NCBI GenBank assembly: GCA_965220365.1 | Contig: OZ244823.1 | Coordinates: 1,300,361-1,364,360, forward strand | Direction: 5' to 3' | Length of the DNA: 64,000 bases | From: Rhodothermales bacterium | GTDB taxonomy: Bacteria > Bacteroidota > Rhodothermia > Rhodothermales > Bin80 | In this document: positions 30,701 through 35,966 of the stretch, piece after piece | How positions within the stretch are numbered: position 1 is the stretch's first letter | Layout of the letters: each line of letters starts with the position of its first letter | Notes under the pieces: model-generated | Seen by the model: only the letters and a program-made list of their open reading frames with translations | The model's database searches: none | Told to the model about the DNA's origin: nothing | Made by a program: the position numbers and the translations under genes

Positions 30701-32369
30701 GCAGGAGACATTCAGCGTCACGCTGTCGAATCCAACGAATGCAGAAATTGACCGCGGCGTTGGCATCGGCACGATTCAGGACGATGACGGGAGCGCCAAA
30801 CTTCGCGTTGACGATGCACGGGTCAGCGAGGAGGAGGGCCGTGTCCAGTTCCGGGTCGTGTTGTCGCATCCGCAGCCTGCGATGGTGTCGGCAGAATACC
30901 GGACGCAGGACGGAACCGCCCGGGCGGGCGAAGACTATGAGGCCATGTCCGGTGTGGTCATTCTGGCTCCGGGAGTGATGGAAGCCATGATTGCGGTGCC
31001 CATCCTGAAGGATGGACTGGACTGGCGGGAAGAGACCTTCCATCTGCATCTGGTGTCTGCAAAGAATGCGGAGATTACCAAAGCGGTGGGGGTGGCGACC
31101 ATTGAGGAGTCCACGACGGTCAGTGAGGGAGTTCTGCAAGCGTATGCGGCGCGGTTTGTGCGGACGGTCTCGGCACAGATCACAGAGGCGCTCGGCGACC
31201 GGTTCCGCTCCCCCGCCGACGGGGCTGCATGCGGTGCGGTGCAGCGGGCAGAGACCACCTACCTCTGGCATTCGAGATGGGATCCATCTCTGGGCGAGTT
31301 GTTGTCGGGATGCCGCGTGTCGCAGAGCAGGCCGCTGGCTCGTGGCTCGTTCGGTGTATGGGGTCGTGGCGCATTCCGTCAGTTCAATAGTCGTAGTCCA
31401 TTGACGCTCTCTGGAGAAGTCACCACCGGAATGTTCGGGGCGGACTATCGATGGAGAACCGGGTGGCTGGCCGGTGTGCTTCTGGCCCATAGTCAGGGAG
31501 AGGGATCGTTTGAGGTCCATCAGCAGTCCGGCGAGATCACGGCGGCGTTGACGGGGGTCTATCCGTATGTATCATATACACGTCGGGGGATGGATGTATG
31601 GCTGAGTGCGGGAGCCGGGCGTGGCACGGCCGAAGTATTGGAGCTCAAAGGCGACTTGGTGTCCAGATTTGGTTCGATGGGGGTTCGGGGGGATCTGGCA
31701 TCAAGGGGGTCGATAGGGCTGAGCTATCAGGGTGATGTTCTGGTGACGGATGCCACGATTGCAGAGCATGACATTACTGCAGAGGTGTATCGGGTCAGGG
31801 CAGGTCTGGAAGCCAGTGCACGGATCACGAGCGATCTGCGTCCCTATATTGAGGCGAATGTGCGGCAGGATGGAGGCAGTGCAGAGACCGGCATCGGGCT
31901 GGAGCTCGGCGGTGGCCTGCGCGTGGCCTATCCGGCATGGCGCCTGCGGGCAGAGGTGCACACCCAGCGGCTGGTCCTGCATACCGCAGACGGGTTCACC
32001 GAGTGGGGGTTGTCCGGGTCGCTGCAGGTGGGAGGTGGATCCCAAGGACTGATGATGCGGCTGCGTCCGTCATGGGGGCGGGCTCAGGGGATGTCCATGT
32101 ATCGGCAGCAGACGATCCTGGATGCAGTGCAGAGTGGAGCAAATCCGCGTCGGACCGAACTGGAACTGGGCTATGGGATTCCCTGGAAAGAGGGCACGTT
32201 CCGGTCTGTTGTGGGGATGACCCAGCTACAGCAGGGCATGATGTACCGGGTAGGAGGGGAATTCCATCCGTGGGAGCAGGTGAGATTCTCTTTATCTGGC
32301 CTGGCACAGGTTCGGGATGCGGCACTCGGAAATGTTGGTGTGAATGTGCAGGGATCGCTGAGATATTAG
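15771..32369 (+). CDS. Giant (5,532 aa) surface adhesin-like protein: signal-like N-terminus, unique head, Ig-like and Calx-beta-type modules, 29 tandem Ig-like repeats, C-terminal autotransporter-type beta-barrel
   Basis: A single uninterrupted ORF. The N-terminus is MMFRLLLCVLPLIVL. There are many modules ending in ..DETFxVxL....(I/T)I(R/L/I)DND. The repeat array spans 20.4-28.8 kb. The C-terminal ~415 aa have alternating beta-strand patterning, the motifs GVWGRGAFRQF and GADYRW..GWLAGVLLAHSQGEG, and a terminal ...GSLRY. Confidence 0.9.
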   Translation: MMFRLLLCVLPLIVLDLEDAKHHRIQAALHIDQVAPSETSRKNEIQRGKYEDFAELSLMEASRKFAGVYVEQAGIAHRVAADDKGQVVSPNMGWTSGFELTTARVGELDDHISGFGIDTNVFDTGRGISVRIGPDDSFTKVGMFSLMGNASDNSGFTMATEPQSDVGDKDAKVLDRHGVRAIPDVIIEGGLTIQATIHSSSIAMMEDYNIPRWEPLQSDINDHFWNFQFPKSAKISSTRIGMDNGDTDHGTERLFLPGITHLSSAVEELRKFGCRPSNCSLPITIHTKRPTLKISDIPNKINSKTMFTAIFTFSEDVAGFDIIDVTVTGGSKGNLSGGGTTYKLPIAPDGDADVTVGVRANSVTNAIGSTGPISAISATAIWDATPLDVTISVPNAINPSAEFTTTFTFGETVTGFETEDISVAGDMKRVLSRSNSTYTMPITPTASEKVVVKVARNSEIDDVDNTGPPHEIGIEAMIWNTPTVDLKSPSDLIVEGEDVTMAAILSSTLSGDVTIPATIDYKCSDVCIEDRHSGASVSTAITISAGDLGGTSTISTTADSNNGDERPRVVMDTGNLSSGVRADVPNQVAVTAYEPKKVEFDISPETVYEGEDVTVTVRFLNSQTLSSDVTIPFLMYDQNWNSGKNPVVRPQAPKKLEVEIKAGTVEASGTLETIIDGSGRDEEVSVVFGTLPPEVKRVTAGRRLIIKGSKRTVTLSASPNPVFEGSPGGVAVTAELSYAHSQEVRIPLTYRDKTAPGTSLTAEPTDYDDVDFITISADSTTGTETIAIPDEAPIPKDSEDETFMVVIDESTLQSDLIAGLPKDVEITIRDNDKVEVNLELLSPGIVLEGENPAARIEVKISEILPNTVAIPLLMTQDLPTSGQSAVLCPAVIKAGEKSTEYEILRAVDDDDKDEQYTVTLDPSPPLGTPSSCSAHVNSWPVEVLEGSDNSVTFTIQDRPVVKLTASPTTQNEGDSVEVKLELSYALEKDVSIDVNAAPRSDPLFAYTSWDDFETLWVGGILIPKGTTIARDTVVIKTDFEAEPDEVFNVGYPKSRLPDAVRHAEQQTRISLPGIPCDDVTCAITIKDVEPEQIVTLSASPNPVFEGNSTTLTMTLTKPLPKSEVREFQILSNDPDSDANEHDIALPLRHAGPWNVRWFRFGEDKLKSEVVIEIKDDGIDDEGDEKLIWQIVGFTNTEVKHACSHVYSKKSLCKSAIVIKDPVKITVTPSAAITMAEGGTATFGVSLSSAPSSDVTVAMSGLVGTDLTAPRAGGSSLIFTPTNYSTPQEITLVAANDDDDVKDDDVTLTLTGSDAEYDGVTTDVTVTIEDNDVGAIIANPSDVKITEGSTATFDVSLSARPSTNVTVELSGHAGTDLGTTPPDPQTIIFTPHNYTIAQSVTLTADEDTDFLDRFEWLSLDASNAEYDGVQTYVGILIDDNDALKITIDEGSSVEALVLSLPTKPTSDVTATITGYIGTALGTIPPDPQTIIFTPHNYTIAQSVTLTADEDDDIQNDVVMLVAEYSGGDYGGQDVNIEVTIRDNDAVPPIVDIDMPARINSAAPLTASFTFDKSVTGFVLADDVTVTGGTAGALSGSGSSYSLPITPSGGSDVVVTVAANSVTDDLGNSGPATAVSKTATWDAAVPTLAIGGVPGKINSTTAFTASFTFSEDVTGFVAADVGVTGGAASGFTGSGASYSATITPTGNADVVVSVDANSATDGVNLAPASEVSKTATWDVAAPRVTMVVPPWINSAGKFTVNFTFNKIVTGFEAADIRVIGGTAGALIGSGAIYRMQITTPGGSDVLVTVKANSVTDNIGNSGPATEVTAIVMWDAAPPTVDIDMPTRINSTTAFTANFMFDRTVRGFVARDVSVSGGTRGALSGSGSRYRMSVTPSGGSNVVVTVGANRVFDNDFRNGPATAVSKTAVWDAAVPTVDIAMPTRINSTAPLTASFTFDKAVTGFVLADDVTVSGGTAGALTGSGSSYSLPITPTGGSNVVVTVASNSVTDDLGNSGPVTDISETATWDAAPPRVRLIIPDWINNTDAFTVYFMFNKMVTGFAAADITVTGGTAGALTGSGASYTLPITPAGGEDVVVTVAANSVTDNIGNSGPSPAVTKTATWDAAPPTVDISMPARINSAAAFTASFMFDRTVGGFEAADITVTGGTAGALSGSGASYTLPITPAGGSDVVVTVGANRVFDYSFRLGPSTAVTATAIWDASAPTVDISVPARINSAVAFTATFTFDKAVTGFEAADITVTGGTAGALSGSGASYTLPITPAGGSDVVVTVAANSVTDQVGNLGPVTAVTATATWDAAAPTLAITGVPSKINSTTAFTATFTFDKAVTGFVLADDVTVTGGTAGALSGSGASYTLPITPSGGADVVVTVAANSVTDQVGNLGPSTAVTATAVWDASPPTVDISMPARINSTAPLTATFTFDKAVTGFEAADITVTGGTAGALTGSGASYTLPITPSGGADVVVTVSANSVTDQVGNLGPSTAVTATAVWDASPPTVDISMPARINSTAPLTATFTFDKAVTGFEAADITVTGGTAGALTGSGASYTLPITPAGGSDVVVTVAANSVTDQVGNLGPVTAVTATATWDALAPTLAITGVPSKINSTAPLTATFTFDKAVTGFEAADITVTGGTAGALTGSGASYTLPITPSGGADVVVTVSANSVTDDLGNSGPVTAVTATAVWDASPPTVDISMPARINSTAPLTATFTFDKAVTGFEAADITVTGGTAGALTGSGASYTLPITPAGGSDVVVTVAANSVTDQVGNLGPVTAVTATATWDALAPTLAITGVPSKINSTAPLTATFTFDKAVTGFEAADITVTGGTAGALTGSGASYTLPITPSGGADVVVTVSANSVTDDLGNSGPVTAVTATAVWDASPPTVDISMPARINSTAPLTATFTFDKAVTGFEAADITVTGGTAGALTGSGASYTLPITPAGGSDVVVTVAANSVTDQVGNLGPVTAVTATATWDALAPTLAITGVPSKINSTTAFTATFTFDKAVTGFVLADDVTVIGGTAGALSGSGASYTLPITPSGGADVVVTVAANSVTDQVGNLGPSTAVTATAVWDASPPTVDISMPARINSTAPLTATFTFDKAVTGFEAADITVTGGTAGALTGSGASYTLPITPSGGADVVVTVSANSVTDQVGNLGPSTAVTATAVWDASPPTVDISMPARINSTAPLTATFTFDKAVTGFEAADITVTGGTAGALTGSGASYTLPITPAGGSDVVVTVAANSVTDQVGNLGPVTAVTATATWDALAPTLAITGVPSKINSTTAFTATFTFDKAVTGFVLADDVTVIGGTAGALSGSGASYTLPITPSGGADVVVTVSANSVTDDLGNSGPVTAVTATAVWDASPPTVDISMPARINSTAPLTATFTFDKAVTGFVLADDVTVTGGTAGALTGSGASYTLPITPAGGSDVVVTVAANSVTDQVGNLGPVTAVTATATWDALAPTLAITGVPSKINSTTAFTATFTFNKAVTGFVLADDVTVIGGTAGALSGSGASYTLPITPSGGADVVVTVSANSVTDDLGNSGPVTAVTATATWDASPPTVDISMPARINSTAPLTATFTFDKAVTGFEAADITVTGGTAGALTGSGASYTLPITPAGGSDVVVTVAANSVTDQVGNLGPVTAVTATAVWDASPPTVDISMPARINSTAPLTATFTFDKAVTGFEAADITVTGGTAGALTGSGASYTLPITPSGGADVVVTVSANSVTDDLGNSGPVTAVTATATWDAAAPTLAITGVPSKINSTTAFTATFTFDKAVTGFEAADITVTGGTAGALTGSGASYTLPITPAGGSDVVVTVAANSVTDQVGNLGPVTAVTATATWDALAPTLAITGVPSKINSTTAFTATFTFDKAVTGFVLADDVTVIGGTAGALSGSGASYTLPITPSGGADVVVTVSANSVTDDLGNSGPVTAVTATAVWDASPPTVDISMPARINSTAPLTATFTFDKAVTGFVLADDVTVTGGTAGALTGSGASYTLPITPAGGSDVVVTVAANSVTDQVGNLGPVTAVTATATWDALAPTLAITGVPSKINSTTAFTATFTFDKAVTGFEAADITVTGGTAGALTGSGASYTLPITPSGGADVVVTVSANSVTDDLGNSGPVTAVTATATWDALAPTLAITGVPSKINSTTAFTATFTFDKAVTGFVLADDVTVTGGTAGALSGSGASYTLPITPSGGADVVVTVSANSVTDDLGNLGPVTAVTATAVWDASPPTVDIAVPARINSTAAFTASFTFDRTVRGFLASDVTVTGGAKGALSGSGASYTLPITPAGGADVVVTVSANSVTDDLGNYGPVTAVTATATWDDDEIPVRVSLSASLDEVEEGNPVTITVTMTGPRNTDVIIPLAYTSVGDDPAEEEDYTKLESITIPRGELGASENLATTDDETAENDETFTVAIDADQLPDRVEAGINVSAEITILDNDSPPPAEVHLSVPPGAVEEGGEVTVTVALPEDKEITSDLTIPLVVKDVSAGAQDYEAPVPVEVRIKMGEEQGTYRITITDDDIAEEDETFTVAFGELPSEVEGGDPESVTVTIRDNDQAGIAVPPSASVVEGGEDGFAFSLTSEPEGEVTVNLTGHAGTDLTLDPVRRTFTPENWREPQPVTLRAAEDLDREDDPVVVVMLNAIGGGYTGITETIQITILENDHPGIKAPVGTTVPEGESTTIGLALVTPPSGSVTLTVPNAVEDLTVSVTQLTFTPDTWDTEQTITLTAGEDDDFADDPVTLTLSTIGGEYTGITRDVRVTIIDNDEAQIVAADAIEIEEGEAEVLMVGLSAEPSGEVTVDLGGHVGTDLRLDRTSLTFTPDTWKAPQTVMLTAAEEDTDYDNDEVALTLTATGGGYDATHTTQVTILDNDEAPLSISIFNDAGLENEGRLQLRIQLNRSAEEAVTVRYATSDQTAVEGDDYTASQGIVIFDPGATRGVVEIEIMDDDIPEEQETFSVTLSNPTNAEIDRGVGIGTIQDDDGSAKLRVDDARVSEEEGRVQFRVVLSHPQPAMVSAEYRTQDGTARAGEDYEAMSGVVILAPGVMEAMIAVPILKDGLDWREETFHLHLVSAKNAEITKAVGVATIEESTTVSEGVLQAYAARFVRTVSAQITEALGDRFRSPADGAACGAVQRAETTYLWHSRWDPSLGELLSGCRVSQSRPLARGSFGVWGRGAFRQFNSRSPLTLSGEVTTGMFGADYRWRTGWLAGVLLAHSQGEGSFEVHQQSGEITAALTGVYPYVSYTRRGMDVWLSAGAGRGTAEVLELKGDLVSRFGSMGVRGDLASRGSIGLSYQGDVLVTDATIAEHDITAEVYRVRAGLEASARITSDLRPYIEANVRQDGGSAETGIGLELGGGLRVAYPAWRLRAEVHTQRLVLHTADGFTEWGLSGSLQVGGGSQGLMMRLRPSWGRAQGMSMYRQQTILDAVQSGANPRRTELELGYGIPWKEGTFRSVVGMTQLQQGMMYRVGGEFHPWEQVRFSLSGLAQVRDAALGNVGVNVQGSLRY
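16630..17220 (+). other. Two diverged Ig-like units of the same type as the main array (domain region of the giant protein)
   Basis: The two units read KINSKTMFTAIFTFSEDVAGFDIIDVTVTGGSKGNLSGGGTTYKLPIAPDG... and AINPSAEFTTTFTFGETVTGFETEDISVAG... Confidence 0.6.
17220..20395 (+). other. Calx-beta-like / cadherin-like module region of the giant protein
   Basis: Modules of ~100-110 aa recur, such as VTLSASPNPVFEG...DYD...DETFMVVIDES...ITIRDND. Three modules at 19435-20395 carry (I/L)IFTP.NY..(P/A)Q..TL.A..D.D ... V.(I/L)(E/D/R)DND. Confidence 0.55.
20400..28810 (+). repeat. Tandem array of 29 Ig-like repeat units (288-294 bp, 96-98 aa each) inside the giant ORF
   Basis: I counted 29 successive units ending in ..(T/V/I/M)WD(A/V/D). 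The consensus is INSTAPLTATFTFDKAVTGFEAADITVTGGTAGALTGSGASYTLPITPSGGADVVVTVSANSVTDQVGNLGPSTAVTATAVWDASPPTVDISMPAR. The central units are nucleotide-identical over hundreds of bp. Confidence 0.95.
28810..31100 (+). other. Post-array Calx-beta and related modules of the giant protein
   Basis: The region has modules ending ITILDND, VTIRDND, ITILEND, VTIIDND and VTILDND. Two canonical Calx-beta units follow: VTVRYATSDQTAVEGDDYTASQGIVIFDPG...DDDIPEEQETFSVTLSNP and SAEYRTQDGTARAGEDYEAMSGVVILAPG. Confidence 0.65.
31110..32366 (+). other. Predicted linker helix plus autotransporter-type outer-membrane beta-barrel domain
   Basis: A helical segment (VLQAYAARFVRTVSAQITEALGDRF) is followed by amphipathic beta-strands with G/S/aromatic periodicity. 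The protein ends in an aromatic residue (LRY). Confidence 0.6.
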
Positions 32370-33023
32370 CCTGCCCTGCAAGTCATGCCCCGCACGGAAC
32401 GCTGGATACCTCAGCTGGAGCCCGGCAAATCCATCGACAATGGAGACCTTTCTGCAAATCAACGTTCTCTGGTCACAGTCAGTGATCGACCGGTTACCGT
32501 AGCACAGAATAATGTATTCGACATGGTGGGACGCGGGATTTTTGGCAGTACTCAGGATACATTTGCCGGATGGCCGGCCTCCTGGAAAAGTGTCAGAAAA
32601 AGCCTGCTAGGGAGCCAGCACAGATAAGGATGCAGTCGCAGAAATTGGAGAACTTCGCCATCGAAGCTCGCCTGCACGGAAGCTGAACAACGAAAATCCG
32701 AATGCCTCAGTCATACCCCCCGATATCCAAAGGTGGACGGGCGACAGGAATTCCCTGTAACTGAGAGGAATTGAGTATTTAGTGTCTGACCATAAACCCG
32801 AAATCGGGGCTATGGTTTGTTGGGTTATGGGGTTTTGGGTACTTCTTTTCGGGTTTTGTTTTCATATTTTTGTATTGGGGTCTGTCCGTGGGAGGTTGAA
32901 GATTTTCGGGGAATGTTCGCAAAAGCGGGAATTCTTGTTGTGGTTCTGCGTTTAAGGGACTGTAGGGCCGGTTTTGATAAGCCGCCGGTCTGGTTTCGGA
33001 AAAATCTTCAACTATTTTTGATC

Positions 33024-34462
33024 ATGCGAAATACCATAAACCGGTCTCCCACCCTTGGAGTGGTTCCGATTGAGGAGATTGAACTTGATGTGGATTCCCG
33101 GGATGATATTCCCCGTATTCTCCGTGCATTGCAAGAGATCTGGCAGCGCCCGGGTTCGCGAGACCAGATCTTGCAGGTGATCCAGGACCAGGTGGGGGAC
33201 GGGGTGCGTCAGGATACGGGCCGTCCCGGGATGAGTTACTGGATGATCTTTGTTTTGTTGCTCATGAAACAGGCACTGAACATTGACTTTGACCGATTGA
33301 CGGAGTTGGCGAATCAGCACCAGAGCTTGCGGCAGATGCTGCAACTGGATCTGTTGGATGGGCACACGGTCCGTTTGAAGCGGCAGGCCATCATCAAGAA
33401 TGTGTCTTTGGTGAGTGCGTCCAGCTGGCAACGCATTAATGCGATGATCCTTGAGTTCGGGTACGCGGTGATGGCGCCCTCTGAGGCGGGGCCCGAACAG
33501 GTCAGCTGTGATTCGTATGTGGTGGAAACCGAAGTTCGCTTTCCCATGGATGTGCGGTTGCTCTATGATGCCACGCAGACGTGGATGAAGCGGTCTGCCA
33601 AGGCATGGGCCGCCCTGATACCGTCGCGGATGTGTCCGCTGACGGGCTGGCGGCAACTGAGCTATCTGACACAGTCCCTGTATATCGCCTACCGGCGGGT
33701 TGGATCTGCCAAGCAATATCGATCCAACCCCGAAGCGGTCAAGGCGTATCTGAACCTCTGTACGCTGCGCATCAACAAGTGTCTAGCGTTGGAGGCCTTC
33801 GTCCGAGAGCACTTTCCTGATTCGGGATGGGTGCAACGACTGCAACCCATCTCTGCACAGGCCCAGAAGCTTCATGAGCAGGTTCGATTGCGTTTGGTGG
33901 AGAAAGAGGAGATCCCGAATGAGGAGAAGATCTATTCTCTTCACGCACCTCATACTCGTTGGATCCGCAAATGCGCCCCAAAGAAGTGGAACTGGGCGTT
34001 CCGGTCACGATCAGTCAATGCACACTCGGCCTGATTTTGTGGTGGAAGATCATGTGGGAGGACCTTGATGTCAACATTACCAAGGAAGTCGTGGAACAGA
34101 TCACGGCCCGGTTTCCGAGCGTCCACACCATCAGCTTTGATCGTGGCTTTTCCTCCCAGCAAAACCTGGAAGCCATCCAGCCTCTGGTGGAACACCCGGT
34201 TCTTCCCAAGAAAGGCCGTCGCAATCAAGCGGATCGTGCGCGTGAATCCATGCCCGAATTCAAGAAGGCCCGGAAGCAACATGCTCTCATTGAATCGCGA
34301 ATGAACTGTCTGGAGCATCATGGAGGAGATCGGGTGCGAACCAAAGGAGGCAAGGACGGATTTGCACGAACCGTCGCCGCAAGTATGGTCGCGACCAACC
34401 TGTGCCAGATCGGGAAGTTCTTGATGAAGCGTGATCAGAAACGCTTGCGAAGAGCCGCGTAA
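33024..34462 (+). pseudogene. ISNCY-like (IS5-superfamily) DDE transposase, interrupted by one frameshift near 33972-33979
   Basis: The likely start is the ATG at 33024 (MRNTINRSPTLGVVPIEEIELDVDSRDDIPRILRALQEIW). ORF 1 ends ...YSLHAPHTRWIRK then goes out of frame. ORF 33959..34462 continues PKEVELGVPVTISQC...ISFDRGFSS...ALIESRMNCLEHHGGDRVRTKG. The family assignment is from memory of similar proteins. Confidence 0.6.
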
Positions 34463-34702
34463 CCGAGTCCTACCACAATCCTTGAACGCGCCATTGGATT
34501 CCATTGATTGGAGAGGCCGAGGTAGGTCAAATGGTCGTGGAAACCAGAACCAAATTGCTCCATCGAGCCCTTGAAAAGGGAAAACTTCTTGATGTCCAGG
34601 CACACCCGTGCGTTCGGCAGCGAAAGTGCATCACCAAAAAAAAAAATCGCCGAGCATCCGTACCGCAAATTTTCCAAAATTACGTAGTTTATAGCCACGC
34701 AC

Positions 34703-34925
34703 TACATAAGCAGAGGGGATGTTTGGGAGGGTTGAATGCGCGAGTTGGGGATAGATTTCGCAAAAAATCCACTACATTGGGGGGATTTGACAAAACATCG
34801 CCCCAAAGCACGTATTTTGCCCTGAATCAGGCGGCTTTAGGCCAAAATCGGGGGGATTTGGGCCTGAAAATCGAAAATGAATCCGGGAAATTCATTGGGG
34901 GAGGAGAGAAATGGCGAATTCGCGT
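34703..34925 (-). mobile_element. Decayed 5' end (left IR plus 5' UTR) of a second IS1634-like copy, inverted relative to the element at 10586
   Basis: The reverse complement of 10586-10806 aligns by eye with 34703-34925 at roughly 80 percent identity, including ggagagaaatggcgaattcgcgt. The transposase ATG is kept (34707) but codon 2 is TAG. Weak similarity may continue down to about 34470. Confidence 0.7.
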
Positions 34926-35584
34926 TTGGACAATCTGGAAGAATAATGTAAGCTACCAACCCAACTTTTTTTTCACCACCTACATCCGCGGGGATCGCGC
35001 AGACTGTGGCGAATCCATAGTGCGCTGCGACGAATGCTTGCGGATCCGGGTAGCCGGGATATGCTCCAGCGACAATTTACGCTCCACAATGTGGAAGCTC
35101 GAAATTAGGATAGCAACCCGGCCTTCTTGCCCCATAAGACATTAGAGCCCAACCAAGGGACTCTCCAAAACGAGTATGGCAGCTGGATAGACGCTTGTTC
35201 CATCGTCTCGCTGATCCGCGTCGAAAGCAGATCAAAGCACCGCACAGAACTGGATTCCCGGAATAGTCTACGGATCTATTCCCCTGGCTGTAGCCATGCA
35301 CCTGTAAAATTTCGTGCGTTTTGCAGGATGGGGGAGGTGCGCTTGAAACTTACCTTTTCAAACGGGTCGTTAGACACCACTACTCTTGATCCTAACTTCT
35401 GAATCTCACTATCCGGCGATATTCCGTCTACGAATTATACATAGACCACCCCTGCTATAAATGACGAGTTGGGCAGTGACGGGTTGATCTGCGCAAATAC
35501 TTCCACGACCACACCGATACTCAGAATCAGAACGATTACAACCCTTGTCTCATAGTTTTAGACTGTTTTGCAAAACAACTCTTC

Positions 35585-35647
35585 CCCTTGATCTATATCT
35601 CCAAGGCGTCCGTAGATGAGTCTATCCACTGATAACGGGGAAGAGCC
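35585..35647 (+). mobile_element. Terminal fragment of an ISL3-family element (last ~10 transposase codons plus inverted repeat)
   Basis: The sequence ccccttgatctatatctccaaggcgtccgtagatga encodes PLDLYLQGVRR*, compared with GGLDLYPEDVRR* at 8149-8190. It is followed by ccactgataacggggaagagcc, compared with the reverse complement ccgactgataaaggggaggagcc of 8121-8143. Confidence 0.65.
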
Positions 35648-35966
35648 ATCTGAATTAGGGACCAGTGTTATATGATTCGCCAGAGCCCCAGAGGCACCTT
35701 GACGCTTCCCAAGCAAAATGGTCTCGGTGCATTTAAGCGTCGCACGGGCTCAAGGTCAAGTCACGTTGCCTGCCGGATAACAAGAATTCCTTAACAGGTA
35801 CAAGTTTCAAATAGGCACGCAAATCCAGACACGCAACGGAACATAGCATCTACGACGGAGCACGATTCCATCAGGCTACCACAGAACACCTGATGAGTGG
35901 GGAATTCCTCCTCAAAATGAACGTAGAAAAATTTTTATAGCTGCTGAGTCTCACAGACGCGGAAGC

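Noticed and set aside
29289-31520. A 743-aa minus-strand ORF, plus the nested ORFs 29831..30337 and 30935..31258.
   Set aside because: It lies antisense to the high-GC Calx-beta and barrel part of the giant gene. The translation is Arg/Pro/His-rich low-complexity sequence without motifs, the typical stop-poor antisense frame of GC-rich DNA.
32385-32627. An 80-aa ORF just downstream of the giant gene.
   Set aside because: It has no motif, no obvious ribosome-binding site, and sits in a region likely to be IS-flanking debris. There is not enough evidence to call a gene.
32655-32675. The sequence gaacttcgccatcgaag, and cgcgccattgg at about 34488, both resembling the IS1634-like terminal repeat and so possibly marking further IS ends.
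   Set aside because: The matches are short (11-14 nt) and imperfect. They cannot be distinguished from chance without a proper alignment.
33950-34603. A 217-aa minus-strand ORF.
   Set aside because: It is antisense to the C-terminal half of the ISNCY-like transposase, whose plus-strand frame carries the recognisable DDE-family C-terminal motif.
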